Below, in pieces: positions 47,371-56,187 of a stretch of 64,000 nucleotides of DNA. The stretch spans positions 2,324 through 66,323 of the forward strand of contig JAHEYC010000003.1 of NCBI GenBank assembly GCA_023251775.1, in the 5' to 3' direction. Under the pieces are notes generated by a model. That model did not search any database. It saw only the letters and a list, made by a program, of their open reading frames with translations, and was not told the origin of the DNA. Positions within the stretch are counted from its first letter, which is position 1; the number at the start of each line of letters is the position of its first letter. The DNA comes from Sphingobacteriaceae bacterium (GTDB taxonomy: Bacteria; Bacteroidota; Bacteroidia; B-17B0; Aurantibacillaceae). The position numbers and the translations under genes are program-made.

Positions 47371-47712
47371 TTACAGTTGATCTTTGATCTTAAGTAACTG
47401 CGCCTTAATAGCTAATAAACGCTCGATAACCTGTTGCTTTACGTCTTCCTGGCTTGACTTATCGAACTTTTTGAGTTGTTCTTTTGCGCCTTGAAGAGTA
47501 TATCCCTTGCTTTTAACAAGGTCAACAATTTTGTAAAGACTTTCAATATCCTTACGTGTAAATAAACGGTTGCCTTTTTTGTTTTTGGTAGGCTTTAAAT
47601 TGAACTCCTTTTCGTAAAAACGAATAGTACTGGCATTGATATCGAAAAGTTGAGAAACCTCACTAATAGTGTAGTAAAGTTTTTCTGTTTCTTCTTGTTG
47701 CTGTACTGACAT
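47371..47712 (-). CDS. MerR-family transcriptional regulator
   Basis: 113 aa. YYTISEVSQLFDINASTIRFYEKEF helix-turn-helix followed by a coiled-coil tail. Confidence 0.8.
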   Translation of the reverse strand: MSVQQQEETEKLYYTISEVSQLFDINASTIRFYEKEFNLKPTKNKKGNRLFTRKDIESLYKIVDLVKSKGYTLQGAKEQLKKFDKSSQEDVKQQVIERLLAIKAQLLKIKDQL

Positions 47713-47841
47713 GGGAATAAAAATATAGGATTAATTGAAAATCCATATAAATAGTTATTAACAATTTACACTCATTTAATTAAACCCTTTTCACACCACT
47801 AATATAAGGAAAAATGCGGTTTTTTTAATACTTTATGTGAT

Positions 47842-47849
47842 TATATTTG
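47842..47849 (+). promoter_or_regulatory. candidate -7 box (TATATTTG) abutting the proline dehydrogenase start
   Basis: Exact TAnnTTTG match, with only 4 nt between the box and the ATG at 47854. Confidence 0.3.
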
Positions 47850-47853
47850 CAGG

Positions 47854-49014
47854 ATGATTTCCTTTAATAATACCCAAATAGCCTTTAAAGCCAAGACTGA
47901 TGCGGAATTGAAAAGATCCTATTGGTTATTCAAATTAATAGGCAATCCGGCGCTTGTTAAATTTGGGGCAAAAACCACCCCTTTGGCCCTTAATATTGGG
48001 TTTAAAGGACTCATAAAAAGCACCATTTTTAAGCAATTTGTAGGGGGTGAGGATATTAACGATTGCGAAAGGACCATTCAGGACTTAGGGAAATTTAATA
48101 TTGGGACCATTTTAGATTATAGTGTAGAAGGCAAAGAAAGTGAAGTCGATTTTGATCATTGTTTGGAAGAGACCCTTGATACGATCAAAAAAGCGAAAGA
48201 TCATAAGCATATTCCATTTTGTGTATTTAAAGTTACCGGCTTAGCGCGTTTTGAATTGCTAAGAAAAGTAACTGAGAAGGAATCATTAAGTGCAGAAGAA
48301 AAAATAGAATGGGAAAAAGTTAGAGCGCGCGTACAAACTATTTGTAAAGCTGCTGCGGATGGTAATCAACCCATTTTTGTGGATGCAGAAGAAAGTTGGA
48401 TACAGATAGCCATTGATACTTTAGCAAATGAAAACATGGCTTTGGTTAATAAAACAAAAGTGATCGTTTATAATACCTATCAAATGTATAGACATGATCG
48501 TTTGCAATATTTAAAAGATTCCTTAGCCGAAGCAAAACAAAAAGGATATAAAGTTGGTGCAAAATTAGTGCGCGGTGCATATATGGAAAAAGAACGTAAA
48601 CGCGCCATAGAAAAAAATTATAACTCACCAATTCAAAAAGATAAAGAAAGTTGTGATGCAGATTACGATAAAGCCGTTGCGTTTTGTGTAGAGAATATCG
48701 ACAACATGGCTTTATGCGCCGGAACGCATAATGAAAGCAGTAGTTTGAAGTTGGTGGAGTTAATGGATGAAAAAAAAGTTGAACATAATGATAAACGCAT
48801 TTATTTTTCGCAGTTACTTGGAATGAGCGATCATATCAGTTTCAATTTAGCACAAAGTAATTTTAATGTGGCAAAATATGTGCCTTATGGTCCGGTTAAA
48901 GAAGTATTGCCGTATTTGATACGCCGTGCGCAAGAAAATACAAGTGTAAAAGGACAAACAGGGCGCGAACTTGGACTGATCATGAAGGAAAAACAAAGAC
49001 GATCGGGTAAATAA
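47854..49014 (+). CDS. monofunctional proline dehydrogenase
   Basis: 386 aa. FVGGEDI, LDYSVEG, VFKVTGL, IFVDAEESWIQ, KLVRGAYME, THNE, FSQLLGMSD, KYVPYGP...PYLIRRAQENTS. Confidence 0.85.
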   Translation: MISFNNTQIAFKAKTDAELKRSYWLFKLIGNPALVKFGAKTTPLALNIGFKGLIKSTIFKQFVGGEDINDCERTIQDLGKFNIGTILDYSVEGKESEVDFDHCLEETLDTIKKAKDHKHIPFCVFKVTGLARFELLRKVTEKESLSAEEKIEWEKVRARVQTICKAAADGNQPIFVDAEESWIQIAIDTLANENMALVNKTKVIVYNTYQMYRHDRLQYLKDSLAEAKQKGYKVGAKLVRGAYMEKERKRAIEKNYNSPIQKDKESCDADYDKAVAFCVENIDNMALCAGTHNESSSLKLVELMDEKKVEHNDKRIYFSQLLGMSDHISFNLAQSNFNVAKYVPYGPVKEVLPYLIRRAQENTSVKGQTGRELGLIMKEKQRRSGK

Positions 49015-49376
49015 TGAATTTTTTAGCTGTTTTTATTGGAGGAGGTCTTGGAAGCGTAGTAAGATACCTTCTGGGTTTGTTATTTCAACGATCAACGTTA
49101 TCATTGCCTATTGCCACATTAATTGCTAATGTTATTGCTTGCATCATTTTTGCAGTTGCGTTAAAATACTTTGCAGTAAAATTAGAATCATCATCATTTA
49201 AATTGTTTTTGCTAACGGGAATTTGCGGGGGATTAAGCACCTTCTCAACATTCAGTTATGAAACTGCAACTTTGATGAAACAAGGAAATACAACTTGGGC
49301 AATTGTAAATATTGCCATTAGTTTAGTATTGTGTGTTGGAATATTTTTCATGTTCAATCCAAAAACGGCTGAGTAA
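49014..49376 (+). CDS. crcB: fluoride channel CrcB/FluC
   Basis: 120 aa. GGGLGSVVRY and GICGGLSTFSTFSYE motifs. TAATG overlap with the upstream gene. Confidence 0.85.
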   Translation: MNFLAVFIGGGLGSVVRYLLGLLFQRSTLSLPIATLIANVIACIIFAVALKYFAVKLESSSFKLFLLTGICGGLSTFSTFSYETATLMKQGNTTWAIVNIAISLVLCVGIFFMFNPKTAE

Positions 49377-50047
49377 TGGATCTTACAAAAAGAAAAGATA
49401 TTGTTTTTATTATCCTCGCCGGATTTTTTGTAACCAATGCTTTAGTTGCTGAGTTGATAGGAGGGAAGTTGGTGCAATTTTTCGGATTATTTACGCAAAG
49501 CATTGGTATTATTTTATGGCCTGTTGTTTTTTTACTTACAGATATCATTAACGAGTATTACGGAAAAAGCGGCGTAAGAAAACTAACATATATCACCGTT
49601 GGATTGATCTCGTATACATTTATTCTCATTACCATTGGGATAAATATTCAAGCAACGCCATTTAGTCCTGTAAGCGATGATGTTTTTAAAACTGTTTTTG
49701 GGCAAACGCAATGGATCATTGTTGGTAGTATAATTGCTTTTCTTTGTTCGCAATTGGTCGACGTTTATTTCTTTTGGGTTATTCGCAATATCACAAAAGG
49801 AAAAATGATCTGGTTAAGAGCTACGGTTAGCACAATTATTAGTCAATTATTTGATACATTCATAGTACAATACATTGGATTTGTTGTGCCAAAAAAATGG
49901 TCGTACGATGAATTTTTGCACAATGCAGCCATGGGTTATGTATTTAAATTGCTGGTGGCCCTTGCACTTATTCCTGTAATATATTTCCTACACGGTGTGA
50001 TTCACAGATACATTAAAACGGCCGAAGAAGAGGGAATTAAAAATTGA
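49376..50047 (+). CDS. yhhQ: queuosine-precursor transporter, YhhQ/DUF165 family
   Basis: 223 aa, 6 TM helices. WPVVFLLTDIINEYYGK and ISQLFDTFIV blocks. TAATG overlap with crcB. Confidence 0.7.
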   Translation: MDLTKRKDIVFIILAGFFVTNALVAELIGGKLVQFFGLFTQSIGIILWPVVFLLTDIINEYYGKSGVRKLTYITVGLISYTFILITIGINIQATPFSPVSDDVFKTVFGQTQWIIVGSIIAFLCSQLVDVYFFWVIRNITKGKMIWLRATVSTIISQLFDTFIVQYIGFVVPKKWSYDEFLHNAAMGYVFKLLVALALIPVIYFLHGVIHRYIKTAEEEGIKN

Positions 50048-50050
50048 GAC

Positions 50051-50434
50051 CTAATTGCCTTTCAAATTCTTTGGCTCAAACCAAGTAAAAGCCTCCGCAC
50101 TATATAATTTATTATATCCGGGATCATTCTCAAGAATTTTTATGGCCTTTGCTTTATCCGATTCATTAATTACCATAAAACCGCTGTAAGAACCAATTTC
50201 GGTAAATGCTCCCGTAAGAATAATTGTTTTTTCGGCAATTAATTTATCGATATACACTTTGTGTTTTTCAAAAATTGGTTTTGGGTCAGGTTCGCTTTTT
50301 GGCGGACCTTTTAATAAAAAGAAAATGCAATTCTTTGAATTTTCTTTTTTGATCTCTGAATTGGATGCAACTTGACCAAAAATTACTTGGCTAAATAATA
50401 TTAAGGCAAAAGATAAAACGAGTGATGTTCTCAT
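50051..50434 (-). CDS. hypothetical secreted protein, possibly YciI-like
   Basis: 127 aa. Signal peptide ...SQVIFGQ. C-terminal alpha+beta region with weak YciI-like pattern. Confidence 0.35.
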   Translation of the reverse strand: MRTSLVLSFALILFSQVIFGQVASNSEIKKENSKNCIFFLLKGPPKSEPDPKPIFEKHKVYIDKLIAEKTIILTGAFTEIGSYSGFMVINESDKAKAIKILENDPGYNKLYSAEAFTWFEPKNLKGN

Positions 50435-50494
50435 AATAGTTTTTTATAAGAGAACGTAAAACAAAATGAAATATTGTGATAAGATGATCTTAGC

Positions 50495-51490
50495 TTAAAA
50501 ACTGAACATCTTTTTGGTTAGTTCCACCAAGCGATTACTGTAGCCCCACTCATTATCATACCAAGCAATTACTTTTACCAAATTATTTACCACACTGGTA
50601 AATTCGGCATCAAACAAAGTGCTGTGTGGATTTCCAATTACATCTACACCAACAATTGGGTCTTCGGTATATTCTAATATACCTTTTAAATGAGTTTCGG
50701 ATGCTAATTTAAATGCCGCATTTATTTCTGCCGCAGTTGGAATTTTTTCGAGCACGCATGTAATATCCGTTAACGATCCATCAGGAACAGGAACACGCAT
50801 ACCACAACCTCCAATTTTTCCTTCCAGTTCAGGAAATATTTTGGTGATGGCTTTTGCTGCGCCCGTTGAAGTTGGAATAATACTCATGGCCGCCGCGCGC
50901 GCTCTACGTAGGTCTTTGTGCGGCGCATCATGAATGCGTTGATCGTTAGTGTACGAATGAACGGTTGTAATAAATGCATCTTCAATTCCAAATTGCTCTA
51001 ATACTTTAAGCATGGGTGCCGCACAATTGGTGGTGCAACTTGCATTCGAAACAATAATATCATCTTTACTTAAAATATGATCATTAACTCCAAGCACAAC
51101 CGATTTAATGGCATCATCTTGCGAAGGCGCCGAAATAATAACTTTTTTTGCCCCTGCAGTAATATGTTTTTGAGCCCCTGCTTTATCAGTAAAATGTCCG
51201 GTACATTCAATAACAACATCAATAGCCAATTGTTTCCATGGTAAAGTTGCAGGATCTTTTGAAGCAGTGACAATAATTTTCTTTCCGTTTACTTCTATAA
51301 GATCTTTTCCTGCTTTTACAGTTCCATCGAATGCACGATGCACCGAATCGTATTTTAATAAATGCGCAAGCGTTGTTGTATCGGTAATATCATTGATAGC
51401 AACAATTTCAATATTGGGATCTTTTATGGCATTGCGTAAATAAACGCGACCAATTCGGCCAAAACCATTTATAGCTACTCTTATTTTCAT
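50495..51490 (-). CDS. gap: type I glyceraldehyde-3-phosphate dehydrogenase
   Basis: 331 aa. INGFGRIGR, SNASCTTNCAAP (active-site Cys), WYDNEWGYSNR. Confidence 0.95.
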   Translation of the reverse strand: MKIRVAINGFGRIGRVYLRNAIKDPNIEIVAINDITDTTTLAHLLKYDSVHRAFDGTVKAGKDLIEVNGKKIIVTASKDPATLPWKQLAIDVVIECTGHFTDKAGAQKHITAGAKKVIISAPSQDDAIKSVVLGVNDHILSKDDIIVSNASCTTNCAAPMLKVLEQFGIEDAFITTVHSYTNDQRIHDAPHKDLRRARAAAMSIIPTSTGAAKAITKIFPELEGKIGGCGMRVPVPDGSLTDITCVLEKIPTAAEINAAFKLASETHLKGILEYTEDPIVGVDVIGNPHSTLFDAEFTSVVNNLVKVIAWYDNEWGYSNRLVELTKKMFSF

Positions 51491-52371
51491 TTGTCGTTCA
51501 GTATTTTAAGTTCATCCAATTTAAAAAGACTCGTTTTATAGTATTTACTTTTTATTTTAATGTTCACGTTATCATTACCAAGATAAGTAATATCCTCAGC
51601 ATTTATTATTTTTTCTTTTTTTGTATGAAGATCTAGAATTATGTAATATTCATAAGGTTCAAAAACACGGTGAATGATAAAATTCTTGCTGGCATTATCA
51701 ACATGTCGGTTAAAGGTTTGTACTTTTTTGCCGTTAATGTCCAATACATCATCATTGCCGGTCATTTTTAATTGTGCGGTGCAACAAATGAACAAAGTGT
51801 CGAACGGATTTGATTTAATATGTGTGTATTCCATTGGCACCACTTGTTTTTCTTCTTTGTCTATAACGCCATCCAAATACGAATTACTAACCGTTTTATT
51901 CTCAACAATAAAATGATCTTTAATAGAGGAAGGAATGATCTCATCATAACCACTAAACGTTATTTGTTTGAATTGCTTATTTACCACATACTTTTTTTCG
52001 CGAGCGCTTACGATCATATAATCTTTATATTGAGAATAATAATCAAAGGCTTTTTTGTGAAATGCAAAATAATTTACCGTATCGTTCTTCACTTTTAACA
52101 CAAGACTTTCGTTCTTATTATTAATATACTTACAAACAATAAGCATATTATTCATTTTAATGAATTTATTGGCAGGCTTTTGTGTTTTTACGCAAGCCAT
52201 GCAAATTGTTTTGGTAGAATCAAAGGGAAGAATGGTATCGTAAACAGCAGGCATAAGATCAACGCCATCTTTTGTAAAACCATATTTATTATTTTTTTTG
52301 AATGTGCCAAGTTGCGCAAAACATAATGTGCTTAAAAAAAGTAAACTGATTATGGAGAATGATCGTTTCAA
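51487..52371 (-). CDS. hypothetical secreted protein (possible WG/KWG-type repeats)
   Basis: 294 aa. Signal peptide ...LCFAQ. KNNKYGF..DGVDLMPAVYD-type units. ATGA overlap with the gap start. Confidence 0.4.
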   Translation of the reverse strand: MKRSFSIISLLFLSTLCFAQLGTFKKNNKYGFTKDGVDLMPAVYDTILPFDSTKTICMACVKTQKPANKFIKMNNMLIVCKYINNKNESLVLKVKNDTVNYFAFHKKAFDYYSQYKDYMIVSAREKKYVVNKQFKQITFSGYDEIIPSSIKDHFIVENKTVSNSYLDGVIDKEEKQVVPMEYTHIKSNPFDTLFICCTAQLKMTGNDDVLDINGKKVQTFNRHVDNASKNFIIHRVFEPYEYYIILDLHTKKEKIINAEDITYLGNDNVNIKIKSKYYKTSLFKLDELKILNDK

Positions 52372-52372
52372 A

Positions 52373-53443
52373 TTAACTCATTAAATAAACTGCGCCGCCA
52401 ATACTATTATGACTTGCACCGGTAACTGTTCTTAATGTATTTGTTTTATGATGCAAACGTAAATATCCTAAAAAGGCAAAAATGATGGCTTCCTTAAAGT
52501 TAACGATCGTTTTACTAGGAATAACAACTTTACACTTGGTTTTTTGTTTAATTAACGCCATCAAATGCTCATTAAAAGCTCCACCGCCGGTAATAAGTAC
52601 GGTTTTGAGTTTATTGGTATTTAAAATGTGCGTTATTTGTTGTGCGATATGTTCAGTAACTGTTGCCAAAAGATCATTGGTGTTGATGGTTGTTTTTAAA
52701 AGTGGAAGAATTTGTTTTTGAAAGTCCTCATACCCTAATGATCTGCTTCCTTTTATTTTGTAATATGCTAGAGCATTCAATTTTTTTAAAAGTTCTATAT
52801 TTACTTTTCCGCTCGCTGCTAATTTTCCTTCCTTATCAAATGCGTGTCCTTTTTTCTCCGCCAAAAAATTCAATATCATATTGCAAATACAAATATCAAA
52901 GGCTATTCGCTCTCCTTTTTTATCGAACGAAATATTAGCAATTCCACCAAGGTTCAAACACGAATCGTATTTTGAGAATAATAATTTATCTCCAATAGGA
53001 ACTAAAGGCGCGCCTTGTCCCTTTAAGGCAACATCCAAACTACGAAGATCACAAACCGTTGTTGTTCTTGTTATCGCAGCAATTGTTGCACCGCAACCAA
53101 TTTGTGTGGTGTATCCTAATTTTGGTTGATGAAAAATTGTATGTCCATGCGAAGAAATTGCATCTGCTTTAACTTTATTTTCTTTAAGGAATTTTTTTAC
53201 GCTTTCTCCCAAATAATTCCCAAACTCCTGATGTAATTTTATGAATTCAACTGCTTTTGAACTGTACGCTTTTTTGAGTTTGCTTTTTAAAGCTGCAGAG
53301 TAAGGAATGGTTTGAACAGCCAAAATCTTGTATTTATAGCCTTTAGTGGCCTTTTTGAACCTGCAAAGCGCAATATCCAAACCATCAAGGGATGTACCGC
53401 TCATGAGGCCTGCAATGGTGTGTATTTGCGAGGTTTTTGTCAA
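52373..53443 (-). CDS. anmK: anhydro-N-acetylmuramic acid kinase
   Basis: 356 aa. GLMSGTSLDGLDIALC, GHTIFHQP, NLGGIANI, ITGGGAFN. Confidence 0.85.
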   Translation of the reverse strand: MTKTSQIHTIAGLMSGTSLDGLDIALCRFKKATKGYKYKILAVQTIPYSAALKSKLKKAYSSKAVEFIKLHQEFGNYLGESVKKFLKENKVKADAISSHGHTIFHQPKLGYTTQIGCGATIAAITRTTTVCDLRSLDVALKGQGAPLVPIGDKLLFSKYDSCLNLGGIANISFDKKGERIAFDICICNMILNFLAEKKGHAFDKEGKLAASGKVNIELLKKLNALAYYKIKGSRSLGYEDFQKQILPLLKTTINTNDLLATVTEHIAQQITHILNTNKLKTVLITGGGAFNEHLMALIKQKTKCKVVIPSKTIVNFKEAIIFAFLGYLRLHHKTNTLRTVTGASHNSIGGAVYLMS

Positions 53444-53486
53444 TTAATTATTATATAAAATTACTTGTAAAATAGGCTTGTACCAC

Positions 53487-53494
53487 TATATTTG
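53487..53494 (+). promoter_or_regulatory. candidate -7 box (TATATTTG) for the acyl-CoA dehydrogenase gene
   Basis: Exact TAnnTTTG match 40 nt upstream of the ATG at 53535. It lies inside the longer TTG-initiated ORF of the track, which argues for the shorter CDS. Confidence 0.35.
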
Positions 53495-53534
53495 TACCTC
53501 AGTAAATTTAGTAAAAACTTTAAAACAACGACCT

Positions 53535-54677
53535 ATGCATTTTGATCTAAGTGAAGAGCATTTAATGATCCAGAAAGCAGCAAGAGAATTTGCGCAGAAT
53601 GAATTGAAACCGGGGGTTATTGAGCGTGATGAGCACCAAAAGTTCCCTACCGAACAGGTTAAAAAAATGGGGGAATTGGGTTTTTTGGGCATGATGGTGG
53701 ATCCTAAGTACGGTGGAGGCGGTATGGACGCGGTTTCTTACGTTTTGGCCATGGAAGAGATAAGCAAAGTAGATGCAAGTTGCAGTGTAATTATGAGTGT
53801 AAATAACTCTTTAGTTTGCTGGGGACTTGAACAATTTGGAACGGAAGAACAAAAACAAAAATATTTAGTGCCTTTAGCAAAAGGAGAAATTATTGGTGCA
53901 TTTTGCTTAAGCGAGCCTGAAGCGGGAAGTGATGCTACATCGCAACGCACAACAGGAATTGATAAAGGCGATCATTATTTGGTGAATGGAACTAAGAATT
54001 GGATCACTAACGGAAATAGTGCTTCTGTTTATCTAGTAATGGTGCAAACTAACAAAGAAGCAGGACATAAAGGAATTAATTGTTTAATTCTTGAAAAAGG
54101 AATGTCGGGTTTTGTAGTTGGACCAAAAGAAAATAAAATGGGGATTCGTGCCAGCGATACACACTCGTTGATGTTCGAGAATGTAAAAGTACCAAAAGCA
54201 AATCGTATTGGCGAAGAAGGTTTTGGATTTAAGTTTGCGATGAAAGTTTTGAGTGGCGGACGAATTGGAATTGCTTCGCAAGCTTTAGGAATTGCAAGTG
54301 GCGCTTATGAATTAGCATTACAATATTCTAAAGAAAGAAAAGCATTCGGAAAAGAAATTAGTCAGCACCAAGCCATACAATTTAAATTAGCCGATATGGC
54401 AACACGCATTGAAGCTTCGCGTTTATTAATTTACCGCGCGGCTTGGTTAAAAGATCAACATTTAAATTTCGACAAAGAAAGCGCCATGGCCAAAGTATTT
54501 GCCAGCGAAACGGCCATGTGGGTTAGTACCGAAGCGGTGCAAGTACACGGCGGATACGGTTATGTAAAAGAATATCATGTGGAGCGTTTGATGCGCGATG
54601 CAAAAATTACGCAGATCTACGAAGGTACAAGCGAGGTGCAGCGTATTGTTATTTCAAGACAGGTTTTAACGGCTTAA
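53535..54677 (+). CDS. acyl-CoA dehydrogenase (short/butyryl-chain type)
   Basis: MHFDLSEEHLMIQKAAREFA..., CLSEPEAGSDA, WITNG, GGRIGIASQALG, QVHGGYGY, YEGTSEVQR. Confidence 0.9.
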   Translation: MHFDLSEEHLMIQKAAREFAQNELKPGVIERDEHQKFPTEQVKKMGELGFLGMMVDPKYGGGGMDAVSYVLAMEEISKVDASCSVIMSVNNSLVCWGLEQFGTEEQKQKYLVPLAKGEIIGAFCLSEPEAGSDATSQRTTGIDKGDHYLVNGTKNWITNGNSASVYLVMVQTNKEAGHKGINCLILEKGMSGFVVGPKENKMGIRASDTHSLMFENVKVPKANRIGEEGFGFKFAMKVLSGGRIGIASQALGIASGAYELALQYSKERKAFGKEISQHQAIQFKLADMATRIEASRLLIYRAAWLKDQHLNFDKESAMAKVFASETAMWVSTEAVQVHGGYGYVKEYHVERLMRDAKITQIYEGTSEVQRIVISRQVLTA

Positions 54678-54681
54678 TGTT

Positions 54682-54758
54682 GCAAATTACAGATTACAGA
54701 TTACAAATTGCAGATCTTGGATCAGAATCTGTAATTTGAAATTTGCAATCTGTAATTT
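54682..54758. terminator. long hairpin built of 7-nt words (ACAGATT-type), probable bidirectional terminator
   Basis: Left arm is ACAGATT ACAGATT ACAAATT GCAGATC. Right arm is AATCTGT AATTTGA AATTTGC AATCTGT. Lies between convergent genes. Confidence 0.6.
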
Positions 54759-54762
54759 TAGA

Positions 54763-55446
54763 TCATTTCTTCACCTTATTCTTAAAGATCTTCTCGAACT
54801 TCTCAACCTTAGGTTGTATCACATATTGGCAATAACCTTCTGATCCATTCTGATTATAATAATTTTGATGATAATCTTCTGCTTTGTAAAATTCTTTGGC
54901 GGGACTTATTTCTGTTACAATAGGATTTGGATAGGCACCTGAAGCATTTATTTCTTTTTTATATTTCTCCGCTAAATTCTTTTGCTCTTCGTTATGGTAA
55001 AAAATAACCGAGCGGTATTGCGTTCCGTGATCATTCCCTTGGTAATTGAGCGTTGTTGGATCGTGCGTTTTCCAAAACACTTCCAATAATTCATCAAATT
55101 TTAATTTACTTTTATCGTAAGTGATGCGTGCAACTTCGGCGTGTCCGGTAGTTCCGCTGCACACTTCGCGGTAACTTGGATTTTTAATACTTCCTCCGCT
55201 ATAACCACTTTCAACAGTTAATACGCCCTCTAAGCGTTGAAAAACTGCTTCTACACACCAAAAACATCCTGCGCCTAAAGTTACAGTATCAATATCAGCG
55301 CCCGAACCAGTTGCAGGTTTTACGCTTTCTTTTTTTGTTTCCATGTTTTTAACGGCTGGTTGATTATTTTGCCCGCAGGCACTCATAAAAAAAATAGCTG
55401 ATACAGTTGTAACAGCTATTTTAAAGTTTTTTGCTAATGTATTCAT
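54763..55446 (-). CDS. msrA: peptide-methionine (S)-S-oxide reductase MsrA, exported/lipoprotein form
   Basis: 227 aa. FFMSAC lipobox. GAGCFWCVEAVF active site, GHAEV, QGNDHGTQYRS. Confidence 0.9.
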   Translation of the reverse strand: MNTLAKNFKIAVTTVSAIFFMSACGQNNQPAVKNMETKKESVKPATGSGADIDTVTLGAGCFWCVEAVFQRLEGVLTVESGYSGGSIKNPSYREVCSGTTGHAEVARITYDKSKLKFDELLEVFWKTHDPTTLNYQGNDHGTQYRSVIFYHNEEQKNLAEKYKKEINASGAYPNPIVTEISPAKEFYKAEDYHQNYYNQNGSEGYCQYVIQPKVEKFEKIFKNKVKK

Positions 55447-55579
55447 GTACTCATTTACGATGTTCGGTGCAGGAATGGTTTTTGAACTACACGAATTTCA
55501 CTTTTTTTCACAAACCTAAATTTGAAGAGGCTTTTTGTCAGTTCGCCCTTCGACAAGCTCAGGGTGAAAGTATCGAGAA

Positions 55580-56110
55580 CTACTTCTTCTCCTTTGGCGG
55601 TTCTTCGCCTTCCATTCTCATTTTATCCGGAACTTTGTTCTTATCCTTCTTAGGCTTACCACCTTTTTCACGTCCGGAAACATCAAAGTGTTTCTTTAGT
55701 TTATCATTTTTAGTGATCTTATAGGTGCCGTCCAAGTCCCACTCCAATTGCGTTAACGAGATCATCACCGTTTGATTGGACTCATCCGTTGCACTTGCTT
55801 CAATTTGTAAATAGCGCACTTCTGTATCGGTTGAATCGGTATAAATAGAGTCTTTTTCAACTCTGTATTTTATCCATTTATAACCAAATTTCTCGTTCAA
55901 TAATTCGCTGAATAATTTCCCGTTCTTAAATTCCATCACATCTTTCTGTAGTTTCTTTTGAGCTACACCATCTTTCATTTCGCCCAAACTCATATTAAAA
56001 ACACGCTTATTCAAAGGGTCTTTTTCTTTAGTTTGAGCCAAACTGAAATAAGAAAATGACATCAACAGAATGGAGAAGTAAAGTTTAGGGAGGGTCTTAA
56101 AACTCATCAT
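55580..56110 (-). CDS. hypothetical secreted protein with Lys-rich C-terminal tail
   Basis: 176 aa. Signal peptide ...YFSLAQ. Tail GREKGGKPKKDKNKVPDKMRMEGEEPPKEKK. Confidence 0.5.
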   Translation of the reverse strand: MMSFKTLPKLYFSILLMSFSYFSLAQTKEKDPLNKRVFNMSLGEMKDGVAQKKLQKDVMEFKNGKLFSELLNEKFGYKWIKYRVEKDSIYTDSTDTEVRYLQIEASATDESNQTVMISLTQLEWDLDGTYKITKNDKLKKHFDVSGREKGGKPKKDKNKVPDKMRMEGEEPPKEKK

Positions 56111-56187
56111 ACAAATTTGTTTTCTACTTGCTAATATAGTAATATATTTACAAATAGAAACTACCTATTTAGTTAAAATAAATTAAC

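Noticed and set aside
48950-49400. Fluoride or preQ1 riboswitch ahead of crcB / yhhQ
   Set aside because: There is no intergenic space, because both junctions are TAATG overlaps.
55533-55575. GTTCGCCCTTCGACAAGCTCAGGGTGAAAG, resembling a short element (…FDKLRVT / PELVEG reading) that I recall from other Bacteroidota and Chlorobi intergenic regions
   Set aside because: There is only one copy in this window and only a weak 8-bp stem. I cannot establish repeat status without a genome-wide search.
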